The notes: generated by a model from the letters alone, not told the origin. Shown: positions 36,601-46,601, numbered from the stretch's first letter. The stretch is DNA of 64,000 nt from an uncultured virus (IMG/VR IMGVR_UViG_3300049982_000206) (IMGVR_UViG_3300049982_000206), one strand, 5' to 3'. Numbers and translations are program-made.

Positions 36601-38538
36601 GCCTGGAAGCACTCGGAAACGTTCCGCAAGGTCGTCACCGGCGCCCTGAACGGGCTGAAGACCGCTGCGCTCGCTGTCTTCCATGCCCTCGCTGACGCAG
36701 TCCAGTGGGTCATCGGGTTCGTCGGAGATCACTGGAAGCTGCTACTCGGCATCCTCGGTGGTCCGCTGGTCGCTGCCGTGATCCTGATCGTCACCCACTG
36801 GAGCCAGATCAAGGCGATCTTCTGGGCGGCCGTCGGCTGGGTCAAGACGGCGTTCGGGAAGGCCTGGGCTGGGATCAAGGCGATCATCACCGACCCGCTC
36901 GGCTCAGCGAAGCGGATCGCCGAGGCGCTGCTTGGAGTGACCGGGCTCCGGAAGCCCTTCAACGCCGTCGTCGCCTGGGTGAAGGGCACCTGGGCCAAGA
37001 TCTGGGCCGGCATCAAAGCGACGGTCTCCGACCCGATCGCTGCAGCGAAGAACGCGATCGCCCTGATCCTTGGCAAGACCGGCCTGCAGAAGATCTTCAC
37101 CGACGCCGTCAGTGGCATCACCAAGATCTGGGACGGTCTCAAGAACGCCGCTAAGGCACCGGTGAAGTTCATTGTTCAGACCGTACTCAATGACGGCCTG
37201 ATCGGCGGATTCAACTGGATCGCCGGGAAGGTCGGCGCCCCCAATCTGGACCCGATCAAGCTGCCCAAGGGCTTCGAGGACGGCGGTCACTTCACCGGCC
37301 GTATCCCGGGTGCCGCGAGCAAGAAGGACAACTTGCTCGGCCATGGACCCCGCGGCGAGGGGATCGGGCTCGCGACCGGCGAGTACATCGTCAACGCCGA
37401 GGACACAGCCAAGACGCTCCCCCTGCTCAACGCGATCAACTCCGGCAAGGTGCGGATGGACAACATGGTCCGCAGCGGGTTCGCCGAAGGTGGCCTGTTC
37501 GGCAACGTCCGGAACTTCATCAGCTCGGCCGCCTCGAAGGGCAAGGAGTTCGGCGGCGACGTGCTGTCCGTACTGAAGGATCCGGCCGGCTGGTTCAAGC
37601 GGCACATGACCGGACCGCTCGGCAAGATGAAGGATCTGGGCGACTCACCAGCAGTGCAGGTCGTGAAGGCCGTGCCGTCCAAGATCGTCGACGTAGTAGC
37701 CGGGAAGGCGAAGGAAATCCTCAGCGGCCTCGGCGGAGGCGGCGGCGGTCCGATCAACCCTGGTCTCGCCGGTGCGCTCAACTGGGTCAAGACCCAGGTC
37801 GGCAAGCCGTACCTGTGGGGCGGTGTCGGCCCCGACGGCTACGACTGCTCGGGCCTGATGGGCGCGATCGTCAACGTCATCCGTGGCGCAGAGGACCCGT
37901 TCAAGCGGCTCTTCGCTACCGCGAGCATGCCTGCCGGGCTCTTCGAGAAGGGCCGTGGCGCCTTCTCCGTCGGTTGGTTCCAGGGCAACCCAGGGCACAC
38001 GGCCGGCACCCTGAACGGTGTCAACGTCGAGTCCCGAGGCGGCCGAGGCGTCCTCGTCGGCCCGCAGGCGCGAGGCGCCGACGACCCGCTCTTCAACTCC
38101 GGCGTCTACCACCTCAAGGGCTACGCCAAGGGCGGCCTGTTCACCGGCGACGCCCCATTCGATCTCGTCGACCCCCGCGGGAAGACCCCCCTTCCGAGCG
38201 TCGACGAACTTATGCAGTCGATGGGCATCACCTTCGACACCGGTGGCTGGGTCGCCCCCGGCAGCACCGCCGTACGCAACGGCACGGGCGAGCACGAGGC
38301 CATGTTCGAGCCGGCCGCTTGGAAGGGTGCCAGCGGAGTCCTCGACAAGATCCTCACCGCTGGCCACGGGACGCAGTCGGTAGGCGATGCCTCTGCGACG
38401 AGCGGCCCGACTCCCCTGGTCGGCAGCCTCGCCGTCAGCGTCGAGAACAAGGACGACCTCCCCGAGGCTCTGGACGAGGTCACACACCGTCTGCGCGTAA
38501 TCAGCCGAGGAGGCGTCTATGCCGACCGTACTCCGTGA
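33649..38538 (+). CDS. tape measure protein with C-terminal NlpC/P60 domain
   Basis: 1629 aa Ala-rich coiled coil, periodic Trp; PYLWGG..DGYDCSGL...GHTA. Confidence 0.92.
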   Translation: MTEEIDAGRLVAEVVSDTTGFGRDAKKKIDAEVRALKARIKAEIDTRGLVTQAKAAAKEASKAAVVRLKVQLDTKGLIGQARTAAAAAAAAATVHLKTDLDTRALVAQAKVAAKEASAAAHVTLTVDADIRRAEAEVEAFKRKTRQDPVQLPPIVPSGNKGLTEASRALKQLSVAPAIAGGVFLLGTAVVQLGGGLLAVASAAAQAVGTVAILPNLAGVAAQGVASLLIGVSGVGGALSAMSAAEKATTASTAAGGAQATATARAVEAASRARTRAAQAVKDAQQSLADAQKAADDQAISGARSVADARRALADARYDADDRARAAIESVSDAEWSLARSQESARDAQQSLTEARVAAKQRIDDLNAALKTGALNEEEAALAVEKARQNLQDVKWNVASSDLDEKEAQLAIKRAEENEARIKDANKKTAADAAKANQQGVEGSDEVTSARERVRDALHAEQEDTENLAKAQRDLARDQVESARAIELAQRAVGDAVKQNRDGEISAARAIEQAQRGIVDAKANYVDAQRAVADANKTAAAGGTKAAAAQTALAAAMDKLSPAGKRFAKFIYGLKPQWESLRSAVQESLLPPIQRGITAALPLLGTLQDKLVDSAGVAGGLGEAIGEALGEQSFRNDVGTIMDSNNRAMSSFGAAGLSVIQILRNLAVAAGPLTERFASWVKALTAGWEEEVKVGRETGKLEGWLDKAGDTAALLGGIFKNVGGALFGLGKAAAPAGRDLLNTFDKVAERWNTFANSDAGQAQMREFFAATKPVTEELGKLVVNLVEFITKAGEGGGGSLNGFLQTLNFILGALNKLMAIPGVAPVLGWVMTLAGVGGALGLTASVVLKMGSNLQKLAKVSGLQKIVDQIRGVGDAGKDSSKTISGPFTKAMKTAGGAIASAARATWGWIVAQGKAAIATAATTGKLIAQRIASAAMVVWGGLVRIATLAWTAAQWLLNIALSPIGLIVIAIVAAIGLLVLGFIYAWKHSETFRKVVTGALNGLKTAALAVFHALADAVQWVIGFVGDHWKLLLGILGGPLVAAVILIVTHWSQIKAIFWAAVGWVKTAFGKAWAGIKAIITDPLGSAKRIAEALLGVTGLRKPFNAVVAWVKGTWAKIWAGIKATVSDPIAAAKNAIALILGKTGLQKIFTDAVSGITKIWDGLKNAAKAPVKFIVQTVLNDGLIGGFNWIAGKVGAPNLDPIKLPKGFEDGGHFTGRIPGAASKKDNLLGHGPRGEGIGLATGEYIVNAEDTAKTLPLLNAINSGKVRMDNMVRSGFAEGGLFGNVRNFISSAASKGKEFGGDVLSVLKDPAGWFKRHMTGPLGKMKDLGDSPAVQVVKAVPSKIVDVVAGKAKEILSGLGGGGGGPINPGLAGALNWVKTQVGKPYLWGGVGPDGYDCSGLMGAIVNVIRGAEDPFKRLFATASMPAGLFEKGRGAFSVGWFQGNPGHTAGTLNGVNVESRGGRGVLVGPQARGADDPLFNSGVYHLKGYAKGGLFTGDAPFDLVDPRGKTPLPSVDELMQSMGITFDTGGWVAPGSTAVRNGTGEHEAMFEPAAWKGASGVLDKILTAGHGTQSVGDASATSGPTPLVGSLAVSVENKDDLPEALDEVTHRLRVISRGGVYADRTP

Positions 38539-39487
38539 GCACCAGGTCGAACTCCTCGACGCAAACAGGGAAAGCAGGTCCCTGCTGTTCGGCACGGAGG
38601 ACACCGGCTATCTCAACCTCAAGCCGCCCGCATGGTCATCGGGCGATCCGCGCGATGATGACGTCGACCGCCCGCACGAGGATGGCCGGCTCTTCGGAAT
38701 CGACCTTCGCGGCGGCGCGTCGATCGGGTTCGAGATCGGCGTACTCACCGACGCACGCTCCATCGGAACCAGCGACGCGTACACCAGCAACGACGACTAC
38801 CTCGATGCCCTGCAGTCCTGGTGGGACGACGAGGACCTGCGCCTGCACCCCGAGGACCTGGCCGTGTTGCGGACCTGCGTCGCTGGACGCACCTGGCGTG
38901 CCTATGGCCGGCCGCGCCGGTTTGACGCCGTCGAGGGGGTCTTGAAGCAGCAGGGATACACGCCTGTCGTCTGTGACTTCGACGTCGTCGACAACCGGGT
39001 CTACTCCGACATCATCCAGTCCCAGCCGATGCAGCTGGTCGTGCCGCCAGACGGCGGCATCGTAGAGCCGCTCACCGCGCCGATCACGGCGACGATGTCC
39101 TCGGTCAACCACGACACCTTCACGATCGGCGGTAGCCGGTCGACCTGGCCGTGGATCCAGTTCGTCGGCCCGGTCCTCAACCCGCAGGTGGTCCTCGAAT
39201 ACCTCGGGCCCCAAACCCCTGACCCCGTACGGTTCCCCCCACTGACGATCGGCCTGACCGCGTCGATTCCCGATGACATGACGATCACCGTGGATCCTCG
39301 CCCCTGGTCGCGTGGCGTGCTCCGTGAGGACGGCGCCAACTACGCCGGTTCGCTGAGCGTTGCGACGTCGATTCTGCGGGAGATGCGGCTGCGTCCTGGC
39401 CAGTACCGGGCAACGTTCAGCGGCACGGATGCCACCGGCACCAGCCAGTGCAACATCAACTGGCGTCTGGCTCGTAGCCGGCCGTGA
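38519..39487 (+). CDS. distal tail (Dit-like) protein
   Basis: Directly after tape measure; YGRPRRF motif. Confidence 0.7.
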   Translation: MPTVLREHQVELLDANRESRSLLFGTEDTGYLNLKPPAWSSGDPRDDDVDRPHEDGRLFGIDLRGGASIGFEIGVLTDARSIGTSDAYTSNDDYLDALQSWWDDEDLRLHPEDLAVLRTCVAGRTWRAYGRPRRFDAVEGVLKQQGYTPVVCDFDVVDNRVYSDIIQSQPMQLVVPPDGGIVEPLTAPITATMSSVNHDTFTIGGSRSTWPWIQFVGPVLNPQVVLEYLGPQTPDPVRFPPLTIGLTASIPDDMTITVDPRPWSRGVLREDGANYAGSLSVATSILREMRLRPGQYRATFSGTDATGTSQCNINWRLARSRP

Positions 39488-39492
39488 TTCCT

Positions 39493-39526
39493 CGACGCGA
39501 CCTTAACCACCTAGGACGGCGACGCT
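39493..39526 (+). promoter_or_regulatory. phage promoter motif
   Basis: CGACGCGACCTTAAC-N13-GACGCT. Confidence 0.75.
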
Positions 39527-39561
39527 AGCTCCGATCTTCACGTCTGGAGAAGGAGAGTGCC

Positions 39562-40551
39562 GTGGGTTGGGACACCGTGCCGTGGTTTGTCGAGAACGGC
39601 GCTCAGCACTCTGCCAGTCTCGCCCGGAAACTCGCATTCGCCGCGATGCGCGGCAACGAAGGAATCGTGGGCGGCCCCGACCTGGAGGTCCGTGCTCTCG
39701 CCGTACCGGGCACGAAGATCCGCGTCTTCCCCGGCCTCGCCGCGATCCGCAACCGTACGCCGGGCGCCATGAAAGAGATGTACCTCGCCAGCATGATCAG
39801 CGAGGAGGAAGTGGACATCGCGGCCACCTCAGCCTCGGGGCCTCGATCCGACATGATCTGCGTGCGCATCGAGAACCCCTGGATCGACGGGGAGCCCTGG
39901 CCCGATCCGCCGAGCACCCCCCTCGGTCCCTACGTGAAGACCCTCGTCATCTCCAACGTGGGGTCAGCCGCGGTCACCCCTCCCCCAGGCAATGGCAACG
40001 CTCTGATTCCGCTCGCGCGCATCGATCTGCCGGCCTCGACCGCCACCGTGATCCAGTCCTACATCACCGACCTGCGGTTCATGGCGTCTGTGCTGGAGCA
40101 GTCGAACCGGATCATGGTCGCCGTTCCTGGCCAGCACATGCTGGCTGTCGCGCAGACCACCTATGTCGTCTGGCCGAGCCCGCCCATGTCTACTCAGACC
40201 ATCAAGGTCCCGGAGTGGGCGACGAAGTGCGTCATCAACGGGACCGTTGCCGTCGTCAACTTCCCCACCGGCAACTCCGTCGGCGACCTGCGCGCAGGGC
40301 TCGGGACCCTGCGTACAGCAGCAATGAAGTTCGACTACTCCAACTCGGCCGCCGGACCGGACCGGGGGAACCTGATTTTCGGTGGCACCGTCGACATCCC
40401 CGCAACCATGCGCGGTACGACGCAGAACGTCGTCACCGAAGCCCGCTCGGCCGGTGCAGGCGGAGGCGCGACGGTCCCGATCTACGCGGAGCTGTACTCG
40501 ACCGTGTCGCTCGAACTGAAGTTCCAGGCCCAGCCAACGTCCAACACCTGA
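39562..40551 (+). CDS. minor tail protein
   Basis: PRSDMIC...IPLARIDLPASTATV...ITDLR. Confidence 0.75.
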   Translation: MGWDTVPWFVENGAQHSASLARKLAFAAMRGNEGIVGGPDLEVRALAVPGTKIRVFPGLAAIRNRTPGAMKEMYLASMISEEEVDIAATSASGPRSDMICVRIENPWIDGEPWPDPPSTPLGPYVKTLVISNVGSAAVTPPPGNGNALIPLARIDLPASTATVIQSYITDLRFMASVLEQSNRIMVAVPGQHMLAVAQTTYVVWPSPPMSTQTIKVPEWATKCVINGTVAVVNFPTGNSVGDLRAGLGTLRTAAMKFDYSNSAAGPDRGNLIFGGTVDIPATMRGTTQNVVTEARSAGAGGGATVPIYAELYSTVSLELKFQAQPTSNT

Positions 40552-40560
40552 GGTCAGCTG

Positions 40561-41661
40561 ATGCGATACCTGCTGCAGCGAGTCCTCACCGGCCAATGGC
40601 TCACCCGCGACTTCGACGGCCTGTCCGACGCGACGCGGACACGTTCGCTTTCGGGCCCCGGCGGGATCAACGGTTTCGTCAAGCCCGAGCTACGGAACCG
40701 GCTCGCCTCGGACGGGATGCCACTCCTGTGGGAGTGGGGCACCATCATCTACGCCGAGATCGACGGGAGAATCCGCAACGCCGGGATCATCGAGAAGATC
40801 GACTACGACGACCAAGGCCGGCTCGCTCTTGAGGCTCCAGGGTTCGCGCGCTACCCGAACGGGATCCCCTACAGCAAGACCACCAACCTCGGCCGCGTGG
40901 ATCCACTGGTCGCCGTACGACACCTTTGGGCAGAGGTTCAGAGCACGCCGTACAGCGCACTCGGCGTGACCGTCGACACCACCACCACGCCCGAGACGTC
41001 ATGGATCGGCAACAACGCTGAGCCGTACTCCCTCGCCTGGTGGAACAGCGTCGACTGTGGCAGCGAGATCGACAACCTCGCGCGACAGACGCCGTTCGAC
41101 TACATCGAAGACCACTGGTACCCCGACGACACCCACGCCACCGTCCGCCACCACATCAAGATCGGGTTCCCGCGACTCGGCCGGAAGCGATCTGACCTCC
41201 GGTTCGCCGATGGCGAGAACATCATTTCGCCTGTCCCTGCAGGGTTCGATGGCGCTGACTACGCCGACGAACTGTGGGGTATCGGCCGGGGCGAGGGATC
41301 GGCCATGATCCATGGGACCGTGGCGCGGCATCAAGGTCGCCTCCGCCGGCCGAAGATCCTCACCGACAAGAGCGCTGACCAGGCTCGCCTCAACGCGCTA
41401 CTTCAGGCCGAGATGACCAAGCGGACCGACGTCACTGAGATCTCGGAAATCACCATCCGAGACCACCCCAACGCTCCCCTCACCGCGATCGACCCTGGTG
41501 ACGACATCCTCGTCCAGGCGGTCATCCGCGGACTCGGCCCCACACGTCTGTGGTCCCGCATCCTCGCGATCACAGAGGCCGACAAGTCCTCCTCGTCTGC
41601 GGTGCTGTCCCTGCAGCGCTCTGACTCGTTCATCTACTCCTCCACCACGGGGGTGTCATGA
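40561..41661 (+). CDS. minor tail / baseplate hub-like protein
   Basis: LSGPG, PRLGR..DLRFADGENI, PGDDI motifs. Confidence 0.75.
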   Translation: MRYLLQRVLTGQWLTRDFDGLSDATRTRSLSGPGGINGFVKPELRNRLASDGMPLLWEWGTIIYAEIDGRIRNAGIIEKIDYDDQGRLALEAPGFARYPNGIPYSKTTNLGRVDPLVAVRHLWAEVQSTPYSALGVTVDTTTTPETSWIGNNAEPYSLAWWNSVDCGSEIDNLARQTPFDYIEDHWYPDDTHATVRHHIKIGFPRLGRKRSDLRFADGENIISPVPAGFDGADYADELWGIGRGEGSAMIHGTVARHQGRLRRPKILTDKSADQARLNALLQAEMTKRTDVTEISEITIRDHPNAPLTAIDPGDDILVQAVIRGLGPTRLWSRILAITEADKSSSSAVLSLQRSDSFIYSSTTGVS

Positions 41662-44600
41662 CCACGACATCCGCACGGGCGGTCTCCGATCTTCTCGCCG
41701 ATCTCAATAAGCGCGTCCAGAACCTTGAACGCGCGCCCCGGCTCGCGAATGCGTCGATCGAGGGCCAGCCCCTGCCGATCTACGACGGCGACCAGGTTCT
41801 ACGGCAGACCATCGGGCAGCAGCCTGACGGCACCTACACCTTGGTCGATGTCAACGGTCCTCCCCCACCGGTCCCGTCAGCTCCGACCATCGAGGCACGC
41901 CCGGGCACGCTGGTTGTCACCTGGGATGGCAGGTTCGCCGACGACGCACCCCCGCCGGCCGACTGGGATCACGTCGAGGTGCACGTCTCGACCGTGAGCG
42001 GGTACACGCCCACCGACGAGACCGAGGTCATCACCTTCCACTCGCTCAAGGGCGGCTCGGTCACCCTCGCGCTCGATCCAGTTGCGCAGTACGTCGTACT
42101 GCAAGCAGTCAGCACGTCCCTGACCGAGTCTGCGCCGACCGCCGAGGTACCCGGCACACCGTTGCCGCCCGCAACCGGTGAGGGCGGCATCAAGACGTAC
42201 TTCGAGGACGAGCAACCAGTCGGGCTCGACGTCGACGACGACGGCTCGCTGTGGTACGACACCAACGACGGCAACAAGCCGTACCGGTGGAACGGCGGCA
42301 CACTGGTATGGATCAGCGTGCAGGACGCGGCGATTGCGGCTGCGCAGGCTGACGCCGATGCCGCTCTCGCCGCCGCTGGGTCGGTGGCACCCGACGGCAA
42401 TCCGCCGGCTAGCTCACCTGCTCCTGACGTCACGCCCGGCGTCGAGTCGATGATCGTCAAGTGGACGGCGATCTCGAACCACGACCCCGTCACGTACGAC
42501 GTCCACATCAGCACCACCACCGGATTCACGCCCGGCCCGGCCACGAAGGTCGGCGAGACGCAGGGCAGCCAGTTCACGATCCGGTCCCTGCCCGGTGCGG
42601 CACCGGTGAACCCGGGAGATCCGGACCCACGCAAGTTGGTCTTCGATCTCCCCTACTACGTCAAGATCGTTGCCCGTGACACCGACGGTTCCGCAGCCGC
42701 CAGCGCACAGGCAGTCGGCAACGTCTTCCAGGTGCCATCAGGCTGGATCGCCGCAGACGTCATCACCGCACGCGAGGTAGTCTCCGGGTCCTTCACCGGC
42801 GCCGAGTTCGCTGGTGAGGTCTTCATTGGTTCGACCTTCTTGACCGCGGCGGATGGCCAGCGCGTGCAATGGGGCGTCAACGGCATCCAGGGATACCGGT
42901 CCGACAACACCCGCCGATTCAACGTCCCGACCAACGACGACGAGGACATCTTCCTCGACGCGCAGATCGTTGCTCGTGGCCTCCAAGTCAAGGGCGGAGC
43001 CAGCTTCGAGGGCACCCAGAACGAGATCACCAAGGACGCCGCTCTGCGCCTGTCCTCCGGCGTATCGGCGCCCACCGGCACCGTTCAGGCGCAGGTCTAC
43101 TACGAGACAGTCCGCTTCACCTTCCCGACCGGCCTCCCCACCACCGGTATCCCGCTCGGCTCGTTCAGCGTCAACCCTACCGAGGTCCGCTCGATCGTTT
43201 GGAATCCCGCCGGGCTCTTCAACGTCTACCAGAACCGCAACAACGGCACCCGCGTCTGGCGCTTCAACCTCGACGGCACATACAACAGCCACTACGACTT
43301 CGTCGACTACGACATCTGCAACGAAGTGTTCATCCCGGGCGACCCCGACGGCTGGATGCTGTTTCGGTACATGCCCGCGGGCAACACCTACTACGTCGTC
43401 CACGCGAATCTCTTCAACACCTTCACTCGCACCAACACCACGCGCACGCCGTTCATTGGGCACAACGGCACAAACATGTTCGTCGGGGAAATCGTGCCCG
43501 GCGGTGTCCAGCAAATCCGGCTCGGGTTCCGGACCGCGCTGAACGCGACCAACTACGGGCCTTTGCCTGCAGCATCGTCCACGATCACGACGTCTGGCAG
43601 CCACACCTGGGACGGCGGCAACACTCACGTCGTATGGGGCGGCTTCGCGGGCGGTACCGGCGGGAACCGGTACGTCGCCTCGGAGGTCGGCGGAACGGCG
43701 AACCTTCAGATGTTCGGTCCGACCGGAACGTGGCTTGACGACGACACCTTCGACCCGCCACCGACCACCAAGCGCGGAATCCTGTACGACGGGTCGAACA
43801 TCTGGACGTACGGCGCCGACGGCTACCTGTACAAGCACACGAACTTTATGTGGCCTGCAGCAACTTCCTCCGTGTGGTGGAGCCGCCTGACGCTGCGGGA
43901 TGCCAACGCGACCGGCGGTCTGCACGAGACCACGCCTGGCCCTGTTCAGCAGCTGACGATGAAGCGCAGGGCAATGCTGCGCGTGACTTTCCTGCCGCTG
44001 CCATATGCCGGCGGCGCTGACGATCCGGATCGGTGGGTCCTCTACATCGGCCGCGGCGCAACACAGCCCGCCAACACGGCCATGTACGAGCAGGCCACGG
44101 CAACAATCGCTGTCTCCAGTGTCGATCTGTCCACGTTGGCGACGAGCGGTGCGAATCCCCCCACCGTGAACAACTTCCCCGGCGCCACACCGGGCGAGAT
44201 CCGTGATGACGCCGGAAACCTCAAGATCTCCGGTGACGCCTCCATCAAGGCGCTCACGATTGTCGCGCCGACGATCAAGGTCGGCGCCGATCTGATCACC
44301 GGTGACAACGCAGCAATCGTTGGCCCCTGGTACCACGGCTACCTGAGCAGTCCACCTACGGCTGTTGCCGCGAGCATCCTGACCACCATCACCGGCTGGG
44401 TTGCAGATGGCTCGCCCAACAGCCTTTCCCTATCGCACAGCTCTGGGATCTTCACCGTCCCAAAGACCGGCCGATACCGAGTTCGAGCACAGATCTGGTG
44501 GGGCGGCGTTGCTGGAGCCGTCGGTAGCCGAACCGCGCAGATTATGCGGGTTTCCCCTTCGTCAGCGATCCAGAGCAGCATCGTCAACTCCAGCGCAGTG

Positions 44601-44768
44601 ACCGGAACCAACTCCTATCCGGCCATCAATGAGCTGGATAAGACGCCGTACCTCACTGCAGGCGAACAGATCTACATCCGCTTCCAACACACCGACACCG
44701 CGAGCCGGTCACCCAACGGCTCGTCGGCCGACATCACCTGGCTCCAGATCACCTGGAAGGGGCCATGA
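41658..44768 (+). CDS. tail tip/fibre protein with fibronectin type III-like domains
   Basis: LVVTWDG, YDVHIST..GFTP, YYVKIVARD. Confidence 0.75.
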   Translation: MTTTSARAVSDLLADLNKRVQNLERAPRLANASIEGQPLPIYDGDQVLRQTIGQQPDGTYTLVDVNGPPPPVPSAPTIEARPGTLVVTWDGRFADDAPPPADWDHVEVHVSTVSGYTPTDETEVITFHSLKGGSVTLALDPVAQYVVLQAVSTSLTESAPTAEVPGTPLPPATGEGGIKTYFEDEQPVGLDVDDDGSLWYDTNDGNKPYRWNGGTLVWISVQDAAIAAAQADADAALAAAGSVAPDGNPPASSPAPDVTPGVESMIVKWTAISNHDPVTYDVHISTTTGFTPGPATKVGETQGSQFTIRSLPGAAPVNPGDPDPRKLVFDLPYYVKIVARDTDGSAAASAQAVGNVFQVPSGWIAADVITAREVVSGSFTGAEFAGEVFIGSTFLTAADGQRVQWGVNGIQGYRSDNTRRFNVPTNDDEDIFLDAQIVARGLQVKGGASFEGTQNEITKDAALRLSSGVSAPTGTVQAQVYYETVRFTFPTGLPTTGIPLGSFSVNPTEVRSIVWNPAGLFNVYQNRNNGTRVWRFNLDGTYNSHYDFVDYDICNEVFIPGDPDGWMLFRYMPAGNTYYVVHANLFNTFTRTNTTRTPFIGHNGTNMFVGEIVPGGVQQIRLGFRTALNATNYGPLPAASSTITTSGSHTWDGGNTHVVWGGFAGGTGGNRYVASEVGGTANLQMFGPTGTWLDDDTFDPPPTTKRGILYDGSNIWTYGADGYLYKHTNFMWPAATSSVWWSRLTLRDANATGGLHETTPGPVQQLTMKRRAMLRVTFLPLPYAGGADDPDRWVLYIGRGATQPANTAMYEQATATIAVSSVDLSTLATSGANPPTVNNFPGATPGEIRDDAGNLKISGDASIKALTIVAPTIKVGADLITGDNAAIVGPWYHGYLSSPPTAVAASILTTITGWVADGSPNSLSLSHSSGIFTVPKTGRYRVRAQIWWGGVAGAVGSRTAQIMRVSPSSAIQSSIVNSSAVTGTNSYPAINELDKTPYLTAGEQIYIRFQHTDTASRSPNGSSADITWLQITWKGP

Positions 44769-44787
44769 CCCAAAGGAGTAGTCACAT

Positions 44788-45069
44788 ATGAGCTACAACA
44801 GCGTTGCGGAGATGGCCGCGACACCGAGTCTGATCAACCGAATTGCGGCCGCGGCCGCAACCCAAGGCATTGAGAATCCGTCGGGCTGGGCCGGCATGCA
44901 CATGTGGGAGTTCGCGGCCTCGCCCGGCTGGGGCGACAAGTGGGATACAGCCCGGGCCAACTGGTCCATAAACGTCAACCCGGATATCGGCATCCGCACC
45001 GACGTCATCACCGACGACGACATCCTGGCCGCCGTACAGGAGATCCGTCAGCCCGAAGTCACGCCTTGA
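44788..45069 (+). CDS. small tail-associated protein
   Basis: AAGGAG RBS; VITDDDILAAVQ. Confidence 0.7.
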   Translation: MSYNSVAEMAATPSLINRIAAAAATQGIENPSGWAGMHMWEFAASPGWGDKWDTARANWSINVNPDIGIRTDVITDDDILAAVQEIRQPEVTP

Positions 45070-45095
45070 CCAGGGCTGTCACATCTGGTTTTGGT

Positions 45096-45129
45096 CGACG
45101 CGACGTTAGGCGGGGGCGAATCCTAGCCT
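45096..45129 (+). promoter_or_regulatory. phage promoter motif
   Basis: CGACGCGACGTTAGG-N13-TAGCCT. Confidence 0.75.
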
Positions 45130-45135
45130 TCGATC

Positions 45136-45390
45136 GTGGCTGACGAAACAGACAAGACGAGCGAGGTTCCGGTGCCACCGGATACCCCCGCCGTCCCCAC
45201 CGTGAAGCGCGGACTCCCCTCGGGGTTCGCGTCTATCCGCGACCTCATCTGTTTCATCGCCGGCCTGATCATCATCGGGAACGAAGTCTTCTTCTCTCGC
45301 GGAGAGGTCGAGGCGTACGCCATCGGTGTCGGTGTCGCACTCCTCGGCCTACCGCTGGTTTTCGGGGCTGACGAGCGGAAGTCGAAGTGA
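45136..45390 (+). CDS. two-TM membrane protein (holin-like)
   Basis: Two hydrophobic helices; start 6 nt after promoter -10. Confidence 0.6.
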   Translation: MADETDKTSEVPVPPDTPAVPTVKRGLPSGFASIRDLICFIAGLIIIGNEVFFSRGEVEAYAIGVGVALLGLPLVFGADERKSK

Positions 45391-45581
45391 ACCCCAACGC
45401 CAGCGGCCACCACCTGCGAGTGCCGGACACCATCCGGCGCTACTCGATCACGACGATCTACATCTGCGTCGCGATCATGGCGGACCTCCTGCTGCTGATC
45501 TGGGACCGGTTGGACGGGCCTACCCCATCCGTCTGCCCACGGGGGGCAGCGGCACTCCTCACAGGAAGTTGGATCTCATGA
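45387..45581 (+). CDS. small membrane protein
   Basis: Coupled at both ends; one hydrophobic segment. Confidence 0.4.
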   Translation: MNPNASGHHLRVPDTIRRYSITTIYICVAIMADLLLLIWDRLDGPTPSVCPRGAAALLTGSWIS

Positions 45582-45988
45582 CCGCATTGCTGGCACTCGC
45601 CGCCCTGAGCGGCGACGCGGCTATCTACGCGCTCGCGTTCGTTGCCCACGTGGCGCAGATCGCGCAGTCGCTGCCGCAGATCGACATCGGCGACACCGTG
45701 TCCTGGGGCGCTTTGGCCGGCGTCTTCACCCCGCTGCTGACGTCGATCGTCCAGCGGCCCACCTGGTCGAAGCCGAAGCGCACCATCATTGGTGTGATCG
45801 TGTCGGTCGTCATCGGCCTCTTCACCTGTCTTGCCGATGGAACCTTGGACAACGCGGCCACTCTGCTGGCGACCGTGACGGTCGTCGTGGTCGCGTCCGC
45901 GGCGGCCTACAAGGGTCTCTGGCAGCCCTCCGGCGTCGCCCCTGGCCTGGAGCGGGCGACGACGCCCGACAGTCGACACGCAGCCTGA
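45578..45988 (+). CDS. holin-like membrane protein
   Basis: Several TM segments, PLLTSIVQRPTWS...YKGLWQPSG. Confidence 0.65.
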   Translation: MTALLALAALSGDAAIYALAFVAHVAQIAQSLPQIDIGDTVSWGALAGVFTPLLTSIVQRPTWSKPKRTIIGVIVSVVIGLFTCLADGTLDNAATLLATVTVVVVASAAAYKGLWQPSGVAPGLERATTPDSRHAA

Positions 45989-46037
45989 GATGGCCCCCTC
46001 GTAGCGTTCGCCGCGTTGGGGACCCTACTATTGAGCC

Positions 46038-46180
46038 GACGGCCTCACCTGGCCACCAATAGGCATACCAGCAAAGCGTGCCCCTTCGGGCGGTACCTCC
46101 TAGCTGACTATGTGCGATGCGGCAGCGATGGGCTTGCTCGCCCGTTTGAGTTGTCGCTGAGGAGTCCGGGTGAGGCCGCT
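46038..46180 (+). ncRNA. candidate structured RNA 3
   Basis: TACTAT at 46026-46031; 13-bp closing stem 46040-46052/46166-46178; internal hairpins. Confidence 0.4.
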
Positions 46181-46262
46181 CTCTTGCCCGGAATGCACAT
46201 CGCGCCGCGCATTGCGCATGATGGTAAGGGGGTGTACGCTTGGGGTGAGGGGAGGCGCCGAC

Positions 46263-46601
46263 GTGACCACTCGAACGAGCATCACCGAGCCCGACTGGGT
46301 TGCCCGGCAGCGCGTCCACAAGGCCGCACAGTTCGCCGGTTTGCTCCGCGGACTCGGGATCACGGCAGACGATGTCGCACGCTTCACCGCTGATGATCGG
46401 AAGATGGCTGAGAAGGCCACTGGAATCGGCCGGCGCAGCGATGCGACCTGGTTGCTGACCGCCAGCATGCTGGCGGGGTCCGCTCAGGTCGAGTGCCCGT
46501 TTTGTGGCCATGGCGACCCGAAGGGGTCCCCTGGCCCCCCTCAGCAGTACGGCCACGACGGCGCCTGCCGGAGTGAGATCGTGCGGACGCCGCGACGTTA
46601 G
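46263..46601 (+). CDS. hypothetical protein
   Basis: GGGGAGG RBS; RSDATW and CPFC motifs. Confidence 0.6.
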   Translation: MTTRTSITEPDWVARQRVHKAAQFAGLLRGLGITADDVARFTADDRKMAEKATGIGRRSDATWLLTASMLAGSAQVECPFCGHGDPKGSPGPPQQYGHDGACRSEIVRTPRR

